Assembly: GCA_963774265.1 (NCBI GenBank) | Contig: CAVZDU010000010.1 | Location: forward strand, 320,001-384,000 | DNA from: an uncultured Chloroflexia bacterium | GTDB taxonomy: Bacteria > Chloroflexota > Anaerolineae > CG2-30-64-16 | Length of the DNA stretch: 64,000 bases | Reading direction: 5' to 3' | Shown: positions 63,566 to 64,000 of the stretch, piece after piece | How positions within the stretch are numbered: the stretch's first letter is position 1 | Layout: each line of letters starts with the position of its first letter | Program-made: the position numbers and the translations under genes | The notes under the pieces: model-generated | Told to the model about the DNA's origin: nothing | The model's input: the letters and a program-made list of their open reading frames with translations, nothing else | Database searches by the model: none

Positions 63566-64000
63566 ATGGACTCCGAGTCGCCCCCAACCCAACCGTCTGT
63601 CAAGCCGCGCAAGGTCAGGCTCGACGAATTGCTTGTCGCCCGCGGGTTGGCTGAGAGTCGTTCGCAGGCGCAGCGACTGATCCTGGCCGGTGAAGTGCGT
63701 GTGGGCGATCGCGTGCTCGACAAGGCAGGGCAGGCATTGCCGGAGAACGCAGACGTACACGTCGCTGCAGGCTTGCGATACGTCAGTCGTGGCGGCTTGA
63801 AGCTTGAGCACGCACTCCACGCATTCGCAGTCGACCCGAGTGGCTGGACCTGTGCGGATATCGGCGCATCCACGGGTGGCTTCACCGATTGCTTGCTGCA
63901 GCACGGCGCGCTGAAGGTCTACGCGATCGACGTGGGTTATGGTCAACTGGCTTGGTCCTTGCGGCAGGACCCGCGCGTTGTGAGCATGGAGCGCGTCAAC
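63566..64000 (+). CDS. tlyA: TlyA family rRNA methyltransferase (runs off the window end)
   Basis: Translated by hand: [58 protein letters not shown]. Confidence 0.94.
   Translation, partial: MDSESPPTQPSVKPRKVRLDELLVARGLAESRSQAQRLILAGEVRVGDRVLDKAGQALPENADVHVAAGLRYVSRGGLKLEHALHAFAVDPSGWTCADIGASTGGFTDCLLQHGALKVYAIDVGYGQLAWSLRQDPRVVSMERVN

Noticed and set aside
1-64000. CRISPR array, rRNA or prophage genes
   Set aside because: No regularly spaced repeats, rRNA-like sequence or phage hallmark proteins seen.

Overview
A GC-rich bacterial chromosomal segment, probably Chloroflexota (Anaerolineae/Caldilineae-like; inferred from gene style only). Housekeeping content: topA-xerC-peptidase, dgt, a Trp T-box-controlled trpEGDCFBA operon, glnA with a downstream two-component pair, tRNA-Gln(CTG), mreBCD-mrdA-rodA, tilS, rlmI, hpt, rplY, fabF, lysA-dapF and tlyA. 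Metabolic and envelope modules: glcF plus two tandem GlcD-GlcE fusions; a cobalamin-riboswitch operon (internally deleted cobO, cobT, cobS, cbiR-like, cobU); a glpD-like/FGGY kinase/lysoplasmalogenase cluster; and a GH-A/O-antigen-ligase fusion with UDP-glucuronate decarboxylase and a MOP-type transporter. One intact IS (52825-54444) has 19-bp imperfect inverted repeats and a 9-bp target duplication. Roughly two dozen frameshifts, several in core genes, look like uncorrected sequencing indels, so fusion and pseudogene calls need read-level checks. Best candidates for undescribed biology: the GH-ligase fusion lacking its catalytic nucleophile, the LysA-DapF fusion with both catalytic Cys replaced by Ser, the putative ether-lipid salvage cluster, and the cobamide-remodelling operon. 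All family assignments come from motif recognition by eye; no database search was run.
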